Shown here: in pieces, positions 1-9,223 of the stretch
Position numbering within the stretch: the stretch's first letter is position 1
Layout: the number at the start of each line of letters is the position of its first letter
Source of the DNA: a virus
Lineage: Duplodnaviria > Caudoviricetes
IMG/VR virus record: IMGVR_UViG_3300047301_000216
Coordinates: 1-27,774 of that record
Length of the DNA stretch: 27,774 bases
Reading direction: 5' to 3' (one strand)
Notes under the pieces: generated by a model
What the model was told of the DNA's origin: nothing
The model's database searches: none
What the model saw: only the letters and a program-made list of their open reading frames with translations
Position numbers and translations under genes: made by a program

Positions 1-31
1 AAGATAATGGTATGTCAAAATATTAGTATAG

Positions 32-1198
32 CTAGCAGAGTGGCAACTCGAAAATCTTGGATCCCACGCCGTACATCCTATGTACCCCCGCTAACTCTGC
101 TACCTCGCGCTCACTCGTAGCACCGCTAGCCCTGTACTTAAATCTATGATATCTAGAAGTTCCATCAGTATAGCAATAGTCCGGTTTGGTACACCCTACC
201 TCAGAAAATCCGGCGACATTATAAACATTGCCATTGCCATAACGTAGATCGCAATACGATAGTATTTTACTATATCTGGCATCAAGCCTATCTTTAACAG
301 CTGACAATAGTCTGCTAAACCCACCTTGTACCGCGCATCCACTTTTAACTGCAAACCTGGCAATCTCTATTGTATTAGGGTATTTGTTGGTGAATGGTCG
401 ACGCATAGATATAGCGGAAACTACCTCGCCATTATACTGCAGCCCTAGATATAATTCGCCCAATACATGCCCTGATATATGATTCTGATTAAAAAATGTT
501 TTAGCTACACGACTGTGTAAGGCAACAATCTCACACTTTCTTGCTGCCACACGAACCAAGTCTGCGCCGCCCGATTTGGCAACAATCATAGACTTTATAA
601 GCTCGCGCTTCTCGATTAGTTCATCGAGAAAAATTATTAGGGAGCGATGCCCCTCAGGCATGCTTGCATAAAAATCTAGCGCTAGAAGCTTGTACTCAGA
701 ATATAATTTTGAATTAGGAATTACCAAAATCTGCATAGGACCACTAGATAGCACGCCAGTATTAAGATTTAATTCGAATCCAACATCCTCCGCAAATTGA
801 CGCAAGTAATTGATGTGCTCGGAATTGAGGGCCACCAGCTGACTGAGAGCGGACAAGACGCTGCCACCAGTCGCGGACTGAGTACTGATCGCCTGCGCTT
901 CTTTTAATACCTTGCGTACTCGCCCCTGACGACTAAGAGTGCTAGCTGCCCGCTCTCTGCGAGCCTGCTCTATAATTGTAGGATCTAGAAATCTCCGCAA
1001 AACCCGATTTACAGTCATTTTATTATTGAAAACAACATCAGGGTGAGCAGCAATGCGCTCAACAGTAAGGCCGGATCTATACAGAGTGACGCACAGCTGC
1101 TCATTCCTAGAATACTCATCACGATGCCTTTTTTGCAAATGCTGTGCGAGATGCGCCCAAGATTGATTACAAATAGGGCAAATTACAGTCTTTTCCAT
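32..1198 (-). CDS. Hef-like protein: C2H2 zinc finger + HTH + degenerate endonuclease region + Mom-like GNAT domain
   Basis: N-terminal CPIC..HLQKRH finger and an HTH-like segment (LYRSGLTVERIA..TVNRVL). The C-half has the family motifs ARKCEI, NHISG, LGLQY, EIARFA, GGFSRLL, SYCDLRYGNGNVY..GF and PDYCY, which I recognise from phage Hef-like/Mom-like proteins. The start overlaps the end of the upstream gene. Confidence 0.7.
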   Translation of the reverse strand: MEKTVICPICNQSWAHLAQHLQKRHRDEYSRNEQLCVTLYRSGLTVERIAAHPDVVFNNKMTVNRVLRRFLDPTIIEQARRERAASTLSRQGRVRKVLKEAQAISTQSATGGSVLSALSQLVALNSEHINYLRQFAEDVGFELNLNTGVLSSGPMQILVIPNSKLYSEYKLLALDFYASMPEGHRSLIIFLDELIEKRELIKSMIVAKSGGADLVRVAARKCEIVALHSRVAKTFFNQNHISGHVLGELYLGLQYNGEVVSAISMRRPFTNKYPNTIEIARFAVKSGCAVQGGFSRLLSAVKDRLDARYSKILSYCDLRYGNGNVYNVAGFSEVGCTKPDYCYTDGTSRYHRFKYRASGATSEREVAELAGVHRMYGVGSKIFELPLC

Positions 1199-2247
1199 GT
1201 ATATCCTTTATGACTTTTTCTACGACCTATAACGCAAAGCGAAACCTTACCGGGACTAAAGCCATCCACTAAAACGGATGCAGTATCCAGGTACTCCTTA
1301 CTCTCACCGGTCTCTACTGAGGTACCGACTATGATGCCCTTGCTACGATTATGTACCTTATGAGTTTGATAATCAGTTCGATCAGCCCACTCCCAAAAAA
1401 ACCCTTTATGGGCATTGCGCTTTTCCTCACAACACAATGTAACATTTCCAATCGAATATCCATCAAGTGATACATCAGAAATTTTCTCATATAGAAGTAT
1501 GGATCCATCTGCGATTGAAATTCTTCTGACTAATCTATTGCGAGTAGTGGGTCTACGGTCCACCTTCTCAATTCTAAGATCCGCAATCTCGGCAGGATTT
1601 ATGAATTTCCATAAATAATTACAGTGAGATTGTTGCTGTAAGTTGCAGCAACCGTGTATACCGCTGTATGTCGATCCGGGTGTACCGGTGACTGCATCTG
1701 CTATTTTCAAGAAGATACAGCTACTATAGCCATCCAAATTGCTCCGAACAATACTGTCAGTAAGTCTGCTTGTTACAAACTCAGGTGTTGTACCATCAAC
1801 AAATTTCCAAAAATATCCACGATGACTTGCTGCATGACCGTGACAACAGGCGGTTATGCTTCCTTCATTAAATCCGCCATCTAAGGCGGCTAAGTCTCGC
1901 GTGGCAAATACCGTCGATTCACCAGTATTCATATCAGTTCGAACTATTGGTCTATTTGGCGGTGGGTTTGGTAGCCCAACATTCTTAGATATATTATACT
2001 CTGGTCCAGTGGTATCAATATAAGATTGTTCTAGGCTCATTAGTTGTGGTAATTCACAACATTCAACAACTTCGAAAGCAAACGCTTCTTCCCCATATTT
2101 ATTCCATGCAAACTGAAGGTATCTAGAATGGTGATTCCCTAACCGAAGGTCTCTTCGGTGCCCTAGCCATCGAGACTTTATATTGTTCGATGAACCTATG
2201 TAAGAGTGGTTTGAAATAGTGTTATGGATTCGGTATACGCCAATCAT
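1183..2247 (-). CDS. GIY-YIG homing endonuclease (Seg-like) with four NUMOD1/IENR1-like DNA-binding repeats
   Basis: GVYRI..SYIGSS..SRW..H, LEQSYID and EYN motifs, then four repeats of pattern (I/V)x.CC/CV...(S/A)H.(G/N)(Y/F).W. ATG at 2247 is preferred over the TTG at 2271 because the domain starts there. Confidence 0.9.
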   Translation of the reverse strand: MIGVYRIHNTISNHSYIGSSNNIKSRWLGHRRDLRLGNHHSRYLQFAWNKYGEEAFAFEVVECCELPQLMSLEQSYIDTTGPEYNISKNVGLPNPPPNRPIVRTDMNTGESTVFATRDLAALDGGFNEGSITACCHGHAASHRGYFWKFVDGTTPEFVTSRLTDSIVRSNLDGYSSCIFLKIADAVTGTPGSTYSGIHGCCNLQQQSHCNYLWKFINPAEIADLRIEKVDRRPTTRNRLVRRISIADGSILLYEKISDVSLDGYSIGNVTLCCEEKRNAHKGFFWEWADRTDYQTHKVHNRSKGIIVGTSVETGESKEYLDTASVLVDGFSPGKVSLCVIGRRKSHKGYTWKRL

Positions 2248-2310
2248 GTTGCGAGTAGCGGCTAGTAACAATCAGCAGACGTGAAGTATATAATCAAGCC
2301 AGCGTTGCTC

Positions 2311-2350
2311 CACAAAGAAAATGCGGGGGTTGAAAAACCCCCGCATTTTC
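2311..2350 (-). terminator. Rho-independent terminator after the major capsid gene
   Basis: Perfect 15-bp inverted repeat GAAAATGCGGGGGTT-N4-AACCCCCGCATTTTC (2317-2350). It ends in TTTTCTTTG on the minus strand, 18 nt after the capsid stop. Confidence 0.9.
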
Positions 2351-2368
2351 AACTACTTATCGGTAATC

Positions 2369-3394
2369 TCAGACTCCGACGGAGACCGACTTACGACCTA
2401 CGGCAACTCCGCGTGGATTAACCACACCAATCCCGATGATCTCCGACACCACCCATCCTAACATCAGGCGCTTAGGCTCATCGGCTGGCAGGATCTCGAT
2501 GTCCTGACGAACTGGCATCACACCAACGAATTCGGCATCAGCAGCAGCGAAGACGGTACCGGGGGTAACGATCTTGCTCACGATGATATCAGCACCGAAG
2601 ATGCGGGCATAAAGTCCGGTCTGCAGGATTTCGCGATGAGTGACAGGGTCAACATCGGCAACGCCAGCGCCGTTCTGTGAAGACCACAGGCGGATGTCAT
2701 TGAACTCAAAGATGTTCATGAAGAACTTCGTGGTTACGAGGTCCCAGCGATCAACCTGAGTTGCGATCTCAACGAGGTCGCGACGGGTCAAACCACCATC
2801 TATGATGTCCTGAGCGGTGTTCTCGCCACCGAGAGCAGCGTCACCAGCAAAGTCGAGGGCTGCGAAGACGTTTGCATCTTCCTGGGCCTGAATTTCCTGA
2901 CGAGCCTTCTGCACGGCACGGTCAATAACGTTGAATCTGCGCATCTTGACTTCGCGAATACGCACAACTGGATTCGAAACGATTTCGAATTCAGGAACGT
3001 TCACACGGTCACCACGAACCTGTGACTCGGGAGCGGAACCATTGGCGGAAACGACAACAGCGGCCACATCGATATCACGGTCGTAAACGGCGAGAGCGCC
3101 ATTTGGAAGCGGATCGACCACGAGTGCGCGACGAGCAACACCCTGGTAATCCAAGTTGCGACGGATAGGTAGAGCCATGGCCTGACCGAGAGCAATCTTG
3201 CCTTCGGTCGTTTGAAGAGCGCGCTTGACCATGTCATCCTTCTGCTGTTCAGTGTAGGATGGACGGCCAGCGAGATTCTGGCTGGAACTCATGTGATTCT
3301 GGATAACACTTGCGTACTTGGCAAGATTTGAGACTGCATCAGCAACCGAAGTTGCATTCATCTCACCCTTGCTATTAAAAAGACCATTTGTCAT
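2369..3394 (-). CDS. Major capsid protein, HK97 fold
   Basis: 341 aa. Motifs PIRRNLDYQGVARR, GDRVNVPEFEIVSNP, QEIQAQED and terminal EIIGIGVVNPRGV resemble, from memory, capsids of Bxz1-like large myoviruses. It has a CAGGAG SD, visibly biased GC-rich codons, a following terminator and the canonical position. Confidence 0.88.
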   Translation of the reverse strand: MTNGLFNSKGEMNATSVADAVSNLAKYASVIQNHMSSSQNLAGRPSYTEQQKDDMVKRALQTTEGKIALGQAMALPIRRNLDYQGVARRALVVDPLPNGALAVYDRDIDVAAVVVSANGSAPESQVRGDRVNVPEFEIVSNPVVRIREVKMRRFNVIDRAVQKARQEIQAQEDANVFAALDFAGDAALGGENTAQDIIDGGLTRRDLVEIATQVDRWDLVTTKFFMNIFEFNDIRLWSSQNGAGVADVDPVTHREILQTGLYARIFGADIIVSKIVTPGTVFAAADAEFVGVMPVRQDIEILPADEPKRLMLGWVVSEIIGIGVVNPRGVAVGRKSVSVGV

Positions 3395-3524
3395 ATATAA
3401 ATATCTCCTGTAGATATAGTTTTTACTTTCTCTTACCTAAAATTTCCATACTTCCCTGGAGGCTCGTACAAAAACCGCGATTACGGTTTGCCCGTATGTA
3501 GCATCAAAATGCATCGAGGTATAA

Positions 3525-3552
3525 TAAGGACGGGGAATTACCCCCGTCCTTA
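3525..3552 (-). terminator. Stem-loop (weak terminator or mRNA stabiliser) between decoration and capsid genes
   Basis: 11-bp perfect stem TAAGGACGGGG/CCCCGTCCTTA with a 6-nt loop, 7 nt after the stop at 3560. The U-tract is poor. Confidence 0.6.
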
Positions 3553-3559
3553 AGAGCTA

Positions 3560-4243
3560 TCAGAGTGCGCGGGTACCGTGACCAGCGTGGAAAGCTACAA
3601 CTGCGCGGGTATAAAGCGTCGCAAGAGTAGTTGCTCCAAGCAGCTTAGCTGAAGTTGTAACCAGCGAAGAGCTGCCTGCAAATTCAACGAACATAGCAAC
3701 ACCGGAGTTTGCCACAGCGCCAGAGCAAGCTGTGTGAGACAACTTGCCGGTAGCATTAAAGCCCAGGCTGGTGCCACCTGGAACAAGGCCGGCTCCTGGA
3801 AGCGTGGATACGAAGTCAGAAGCTAGCGAGCTAACCGTGACTTCATAAAGCCCTGGAAGATTCCAGAGAGTAACTTTGCCAGAGCCAGCTGCGGAGTGAG
3901 GTCCGAGATTGGTTCCGGTCGTAGCCATACCGACTGAAGACCCGATGGTCTCGCCGAATGAGGTGCCGTAACCAGCAAGACCGTCGTCTGCAAGGCAAAG
4001 CATCGTATTGATATCGCCAGTAACGGTAGCGCGCTTAGCAACTACGCGATTCTGAACCGTGACGGAACCATCATAGAGATAGCCGTCGAGGGTGTCCGCA
4101 GCGCCCTTTTCAGTTGAAGAGTTTGCGTTAGCGACGGAAGTAAGCATCATAACTTCGCCACCAGTGATCGAAGCTAATTCGGTGTCCAGAAGGTCGAACT
4201 GACCCAGGGACTGCATGCTGTGTTGAAGAGGAAAAAGTGCCAT
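3560..4243 (-). CDS. Putative capsid decoration/cement protein (paralog 1)
   Basis: 227 aa, rich in Gly/Ala/Thr/Ser, directly upstream of the MCP gene with similar codon bias. Motif GSGKVTLW..PGLY; AAGGA SD. Confidence 0.65.
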   Translation of the reverse strand: MALFPLQHSMQSLGQFDLLDTELASITGGEVMMLTSVANANSSTEKGAADTLDGYLYDGSVTVQNRVVAKRATVTGDINTMLCLADDGLAGYGTSFGETIGSSVGMATTGTNLGPHSAAGSGKVTLWNLPGLYEVTVSSLASDFVSTLPGAGLVPGGTSLGFNATGKLSHTACSGAVANSGVAMFVEFAGSSSLVTTSAKLLGATTLATLYTRAVVAFHAGHGTRAL

Positions 4244-4335
4244 TGTAGTATCCTTTGTAAAAATTTTGTTTCGACCGAAGCTAAGAGATTAGGTTCGAAA
4301 AAAACAACTCACTCTAAATGAGTTCTATTAGTAGT

Positions 4336-5781
4336 TCAGTGCAGCAAACTCTCGTGAGGCTTCATAATTTTAGAATTAGTTAATGCTTCAGCTGCATTCT
4401 CTGCATCATCAACAAAGTTAAATAACTCATATATTTGTTTTACATTTGCAACCATAGAATATGTTCCATCATTATTCATTTGTACAATATCAGATATGCT
4501 AAATCCAGCAACAGCCTCAGCTGCAGATTTCTCGTCTGAGTCCTGTACCATAACAGAATTAGCTAATCGCTTCTTGATATCACTTACCATGGATTTTAAA
4601 CCAGCATACCAAGTCTCATCAACTACTCCAGTTAGATATCCTATTGGTTTATATGCCTGATTTATAAATGACTGAACTTTTTTAGTTTCATCTAAAGATA
4701 GTGGTGTCTTTGGTGTAGGGGCTGTTTCAGCTTCAGCAGCAGGAGTGACAACTGCTTTCTCCATTTCCGGAGAGTCAAATTGATCGCCTTGGTGACGAGA
4801 ATTCCCAGCTTGAACCAGGCCATCGATTAAGAGTTTAATATCTTTATCCACATTATCAGTGTACGACTTCAATAGTATAAAAAAGGATCCGTGAGCAAGT
4901 GACTCCGTGATCAAGGTAAATCGTGATTTATAATCGTCATGCTTAACAAGGAGATCATTCATCGCCTCTTCTAATTGATTTCTCGACGACGTGATGGCTC
5001 CGTCAGGGGCAGTATACGCCTTAATCTCGTTCATTAAATTTTCAGCAGAAGACTGCATTTCTATAGCAGATTTATGCAGATCGTCCGCAGGTCCACGAAT
5101 GCTAGCGTATTCGTTCTGATCTTTCCACGATTCGATGTTGCCTATGACCTTTGAGATATCTAGAAGTAGATTCTCATGCCGCCCTTTGTATGCGTGCCAT
5201 GCCACCCCGCTTCCACCCAGCAAGGCTAGAATCCCAGCTACAGCAGCTCCGACCAGCGGCCAAAATGCGTGCTTATTTAAGCTAGACTTTTTTTTTAAGC
5301 TTGAGGATAATTCTTCCGCAAAAGAATCTATAATCAATGCCGATTCATGATCGCCAGATGTATCCAATCCTTCTGCTATTTTCAGCAGGCTCTCTAGAAC
5401 AAAAGCGGTCCTGTGCAGATTCGTGCCTGAAGGATATCGATTTACAATGCTAATGATCTTTGACTGAAGCTCGTTTTGATTCTCAACCAGACCACCATCG
5501 CCCATGGCATCCGCTATATATACGGGTTTGGGATGTGCCTTTTCAATCATGTCTTCTATGTTATCAAATGGGCTGCCCTTTTCTGATATAAGTTCTTTGC
5601 TATTATCAGATGCCGTTACAATTGCATTGGTTTCCATGGAAATCTGATCAACTACCAGATCAAGCCGTGGCTCTGAAAAGTCAACATTTGCATGCCATAA
5701 CATTTCAGGTGTTTTAGATGGTTCCGTACCATTGAGTATGTTTGCGTATGCGCCCATGACTTCATCAATTCTTAAATTCAT
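4336..5781 (-). CDS. Putative internal head/ejection protein with shared AHP module, hydrophobic helix and PG-binding-like C-terminus
   Basis: ATG at 5781 follows a GGTGA SD and the upstream stop. Contains KAHPKP..GLVEN, LLKIAEGLD..G, and LNKHA followed by FWPLVGAAVAGILALLGG. Function is inferred from context. Confidence 0.55.
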   Translation of the reverse strand: MNLRIDEVMGAYANILNGTEPSKTPEMLWHANVDFSEPRLDLVVDQISMETNAIVTASDNSKELISEKGSPFDNIEDMIEKAHPKPVYIADAMGDGGLVENQNELQSKIISIVNRYPSGTNLHRTAFVLESLLKIAEGLDTSGDHESALIIDSFAEELSSSLKKKSSLNKHAFWPLVGAAVAGILALLGGSGVAWHAYKGRHENLLLDISKVIGNIESWKDQNEYASIRGPADDLHKSAIEMQSSAENLMNEIKAYTAPDGAITSSRNQLEEAMNDLLVKHDDYKSRFTLITESLAHGSFFILLKSYTDNVDKDIKLLIDGLVQAGNSRHQGDQFDSPEMEKAVVTPAAEAETAPTPKTPLSLDETKKVQSFINQAYKPIGYLTGVVDETWYAGLKSMVSDIKKRLANSVMVQDSDEKSAAEAVAGFSISDIVQMNNDGTYSMVANVKQIYELFNFVDDAENAAEALTNSKIMKPHESLLH

Positions 5782-5782
5782 A

Positions 5783-7279
5783 TTATTCACCAAAGATGCT
5801 TTTTAATTTTTTGTTAACTTTATGACCGGCACTATCAGACCGCTGCAAAGACCGCGAAGGGCCCTGCTTCGCTCCTGAAGGAATATCTCCTGACGTGAGT
5901 CCCAAATCTGATTCCAGGTCAGTAGACGGCCTACGTGACACTTGCTCTGTTCTCTGAGTCGGAACTATCGCAGTTCTATCCTTGCTCTTGTCACCAATCA
6001 TTTTCAGACCAGCAAATATAATCATAGCAATGGCAGCTACCAGTCCAGCCTTCCCAATCTTACCTTTAAAAAGACTAAGTATTCCTGGATTCCCAGATTT
6101 AGCCGAAGCCAAGAGTCTGGCATTTCTAGCCTCAAGACTCCCGCGCAACTTTATATTGCGCAAAGCCTCGTCGTTTATTTTACGACCCTCTTGCAGTCTA
6201 CGCTTAAGAGCAGCCTGCTCTTTTTGAGAGAGGGTCTTCTTCAGGACATCTAGATCCTTTTTCGAAATCGGCTCATTCTTAATGGAGCTGGATAGCAAGC
6301 TGTGCTGCTCCGGAGTGATCTCTCCTAACAATAGCTGTTTATTAAACTCTAAGATCTGCTTATCTCTCAACATCTGCATTTCAATCTTTGATTTCACAGA
6401 CAATTGGTGTTCCATAGCTCTACGATCCGAATCGTATTCTGCAGTCTTTGCTTTGCGATGAGCTTCTTCATAATCGAGCTTCATAGCGTGAGATTTTGCA
6501 TCTGCATCAGCATCGAGCTTTTTAAGCTCGGCAGCATGCGAGAAATCAGATTGTCTGCGTTCCGCATCCAGGCGACTCTTCTCTCTCAGCACCTCGATAT
6601 TTTTAGCAGCCTTATTTTCTTGTTCCTCTATCTTCTGCGACTTAGGCTTTTTTGCCTTAGCACCAGAATCATCTGCAATAGCAGAATCGCCAACATTAGC
6701 CCTGGCTCTAGCCATCGCTTCGTCAAAACTACCGGGCTTCCTTGCAGATGAAGGCTCTTTCGATTTTAAGCCATCATTTTTAGTGGGAGGAGCCGGGGCT
6801 TCGCGTTGTGGCTGACCGGCATCAAATCGTATTGCTGGCTTTTTAACTACAGAACTGGGCTGTCCTGCCTCAAATTTGATCGCAGAGGGTTTCTTTGGCG
6901 CAGGTGCATCGCCGAAATCAATATCTGCCGGAGCAGGTTTCGCAGCAATAATTACACGCTCAAGCAGTCTTATATGACTCTTCGCCTCTATTTCTGGAAA
7001 GTACTTATCAACTATACGCTGAGCTTCGCCTTTAGGGTCAATAGAATCGATAGGCTTTCCAGCAAGCGCTTGATCTATACGTCTTCCAAAATCATTAACG
7101 CCAATGCCGAGTATTCCAGCAACGACATTTAAAATTGCTAATGGGCCGGATACAAAACCGATCCCAATTGCCCCCAAGCCAAGAGAATTCTCGAAAAAGC
7201 CGTGCTCATCATCCCAAATCATATCCTGTATGAATTCTGGAATTTTACCTTCAAAAATGTCTGCATTCTTATCAATCAT
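5783..7279 (-). CDS. Hypothetical virion protein with N- and C-terminal hydrophobic segments and a charged helical middle
   Basis: ATGA overlap with the upstream stop supports a start at 7279. Hydrophobic stretches are LGLGAIGIGFVSGPLAILNVVAGILGIG and AGLVAAIAMIIFAGL. Confidence 0.6.
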   Translation of the reverse strand: MIDKNADIFEGKIPEFIQDMIWDDEHGFFENSLGLGAIGIGFVSGPLAILNVVAGILGIGVNDFGRRIDQALAGKPIDSIDPKGEAQRIVDKYFPEIEAKSHIRLLERVIIAAKPAPADIDFGDAPAPKKPSAIKFEAGQPSSVVKKPAIRFDAGQPQREAPAPPTKNDGLKSKEPSSARKPGSFDEAMARARANVGDSAIADDSGAKAKKPKSQKIEEQENKAAKNIEVLREKSRLDAERRQSDFSHAAELKKLDADADAKSHAMKLDYEEAHRKAKTAEYDSDRRAMEHQLSVKSKIEMQMLRDKQILEFNKQLLLGEITPEQHSLLSSSIKNEPISKKDLDVLKKTLSQKEQAALKRRLQEGRKINDEALRNIKLRGSLEARNARLLASAKSGNPGILSLFKGKIGKAGLVAAIAMIIFAGLKMIGDKSKDRTAIVPTQRTEQVSRRPSTDLESDLGLTSGDIPSGAKQGPSRSLQRSDSAGHKVNKKLKSIFGE

Positions 7280-8232
7280 CGGCGCAGCCCCCATTCACGA
7301 AGTTTTGTCACAACAGTTTCAGCCAGCGAATGATTTACATTCATAAACTCATTAGAGTTAAGCAGTCTAGATGCAAGAGTTGGAGGAGGTCCCTCTATGA
7401 ACTTTCTTGCCGTCGGGTATGTATAAAATATGTGATTTATTATCTGAGTCTTCTGCTCATCAGATGCTTTATTCAGATCAGGAACTATTCCGGTAAGTGC
7501 TGCTATAAACAGCTCACCGCTACCTGTACCACCGCCCCCAGCGACTTTATTCCACGCATTTCGCAGGTCTGTGTCGGCCAATGTAACTACATTTCTTATA
7601 GTTACATAATCTGGATCGCCCTGTGGGAGTGATGCCATTATCTGTTGATATATGCTCGCGAGCCTCTCTAGACGGTCTGCCAAAGGAGCGCTCATTTTGA
7701 TAAGCCCATTCTGCTCAAGTATAGCTTGATACATCGGATATCCTTGATTATAAACCAATGCTAATGGCAACATCATATCCTTGCCATCTATATTGATTTT
7801 ATAATCAGGACTATAACGCTTCTTTTCTGGAGTGCTCGATATTTTCGGGTACACTTGTTGAAGTCTAAGAACAGTATTGAGTATAATCTGAGGCTCTTTC
7901 TTTATCTGCTCATAGCGGCTAGCAGCAAGTGCTTCGATAGCTGCTATTGCCCCACCGGGATAAGCACCAGTCTCCCGACCATCGGCAGCAACACCCTTCA
8001 TTCTCATTACATTAGCTGCATTTTCGACAGCCTGATGAGTCACTTTATCATAAATGCCATACTGGCCACCTAGATCAGCGATTGGTGTATCAGGGAATGT
8101 CTCCAGCAACCATTTTTGCAATAGAGCAACATTATTGTCCAGCATGGTCTGCTGGACTTCTGGAGCCTTATCGCTGCGCTCACGAACTGCTGGCGGAGCA
8201 GTTTTCCTCACCTTATTTCTAAGCGCACCCAT
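7276..8232 (-). CDS. Hypothetical protein with an N-terminal peptidoglycan-binding-like motif
   Basis: 318 aa, TAATG coupling to the upstream gene with a GGAG SD. VALLQKWL...YGIYDKVTHQAV resembles PG_binding_1 helices. Confidence 0.55.
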   Translation of the reverse strand: MGALRNKVRKTAPPAVRERSDKAPEVQQTMLDNNVALLQKWLLETFPDTPIADLGGQYGIYDKVTHQAVENAANVMRMKGVAADGRETGAYPGGAIAAIEALAASRYEQIKKEPQIILNTVLRLQQVYPKISSTPEKKRYSPDYKINIDGKDMMLPLALVYNQGYPMYQAILEQNGLIKMSAPLADRLERLASIYQQIMASLPQGDPDYVTIRNVVTLADTDLRNAWNKVAGGGGTGSGELFIAALTGIVPDLNKASDEQKTQIINHIFYTYPTARKFIEGPPPTLASRLLNSNEFMNVNHSLAETVVTKLREWGLRR

Positions 8233-9221
8233 TACTCGGTCTCCATTGCGCTTTCAGCCAACTTAAGAACCTCATTCATTTTAGTTAACTGTCGAATATG
8301 TCGACTAAGAGCCTCGTCGCTGGACTTTGAATTAGCATCTAAATTATCGTGATGCCAATCAATATTTGCCGCAAGGCTACCATTCTGAATGGCTGGTATT
8401 TTTGAAAAAAGTGCATCTATTCGCTTAAATCTCTCAGGGTCTGTAGCTGATAAACCATCGGTCTCACGATCGATATCATCAAAGCGTTTGAAAATATTCT
8501 CCACAAGAGCCCCATACTCCAAACTTTTCGTAGATTCAGTACGCTCTCTCTGAGGTGCAGGTGCGACAGCACTCACCATTTTGCTAAGAGCTGCTATTAT
8601 CTCACCCATAAGATTTTTATAGGATTCGACTTCCGCAGGGCTCATTATCTCTTCAATGTCAATGTCTCCGCCCCATGCAGTAGTAAGAGCGTCTCCGGTC
8701 ATTGACTGTTCCGAGACTAGTATCTGAGCAAGCTGAAGTGCGGAGGGAAGCTTTTCATTAAGTACAAAAGTAGAAATCATATCCAGCTGACGAGTCAGAT
8801 TGTCAACCAACATATCTTTAGTGCTTGAGCCAAGCCCTAGTGTAATTACATCCCCTAGTGTTGTATGAGCCCGAACACCCTCTAGAAATTTCTTCAAAAC
8901 AGCTAGATTTGAAGAAACAGTCTGCTTTGATTCCGTCAGGATATCTTCCACGGAAACATTATCAGCAATTTTTTTGAGAAGAAGATCTACCTTTGATGCA
9001 GAATAAACCGCATTTAGACTATCAAGGCGATCAGCTAACTCTGCCAATCGTTTGACGACAGCTGATTTAGTAGCCATATCAATGTTTTTTAAATGTGCTT
9101 GAAAAAGGTCTTCGACCAGACCTTCATTAGTAGCATCAGTTACCCATGTTCCTCCACCAGGGTGAGCCTCGCGGTTCAAATCCTCAGCGGTTGGAAGGGA
9201 AGTTACTCTGGTGTGGCTCAT
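8232..9221 (-). CDS. Putative internal head protein with shared AHP module
   Basis: ATG at 9221 with a GAGG SD. Contains EAHPGGG..GLVED..LAELADRLD..A..VD.LLKKIA. Confidence 0.6.
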   Translation of the reverse strand: MSHTRVTSLPTAEDLNREAHPGGGTWVTDATNEGLVEDLFQAHLKNIDMATKSAVVKRLAELADRLDSLNAVYSASKVDLLLKKIADNVSVEDILTESKQTVSSNLAVLKKFLEGVRAHTTLGDVITLGLGSSTKDMLVDNLTRQLDMISTFVLNEKLPSALQLAQILVSEQSMTGDALTTAWGGDIDIEEIMSPAEVESYKNLMGEIIAALSKMVSAVAPAPQRERTESTKSLEYGALVENIFKRFDDIDRETDGLSATDPERFKRIDALFSKIPAIQNGSLAANIDWHHDNLDANSKSSDEALSRHIRQLTKMNEVLKLAESAMETE

Positions 9222-9223
9222 AA

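Noticed and set aside
2369-3394. Encapsulin nanocompartment interpretation of the HK97-fold protein
   Set aside because: Terminase, portal and protease in the same module indicate a true phage capsid.
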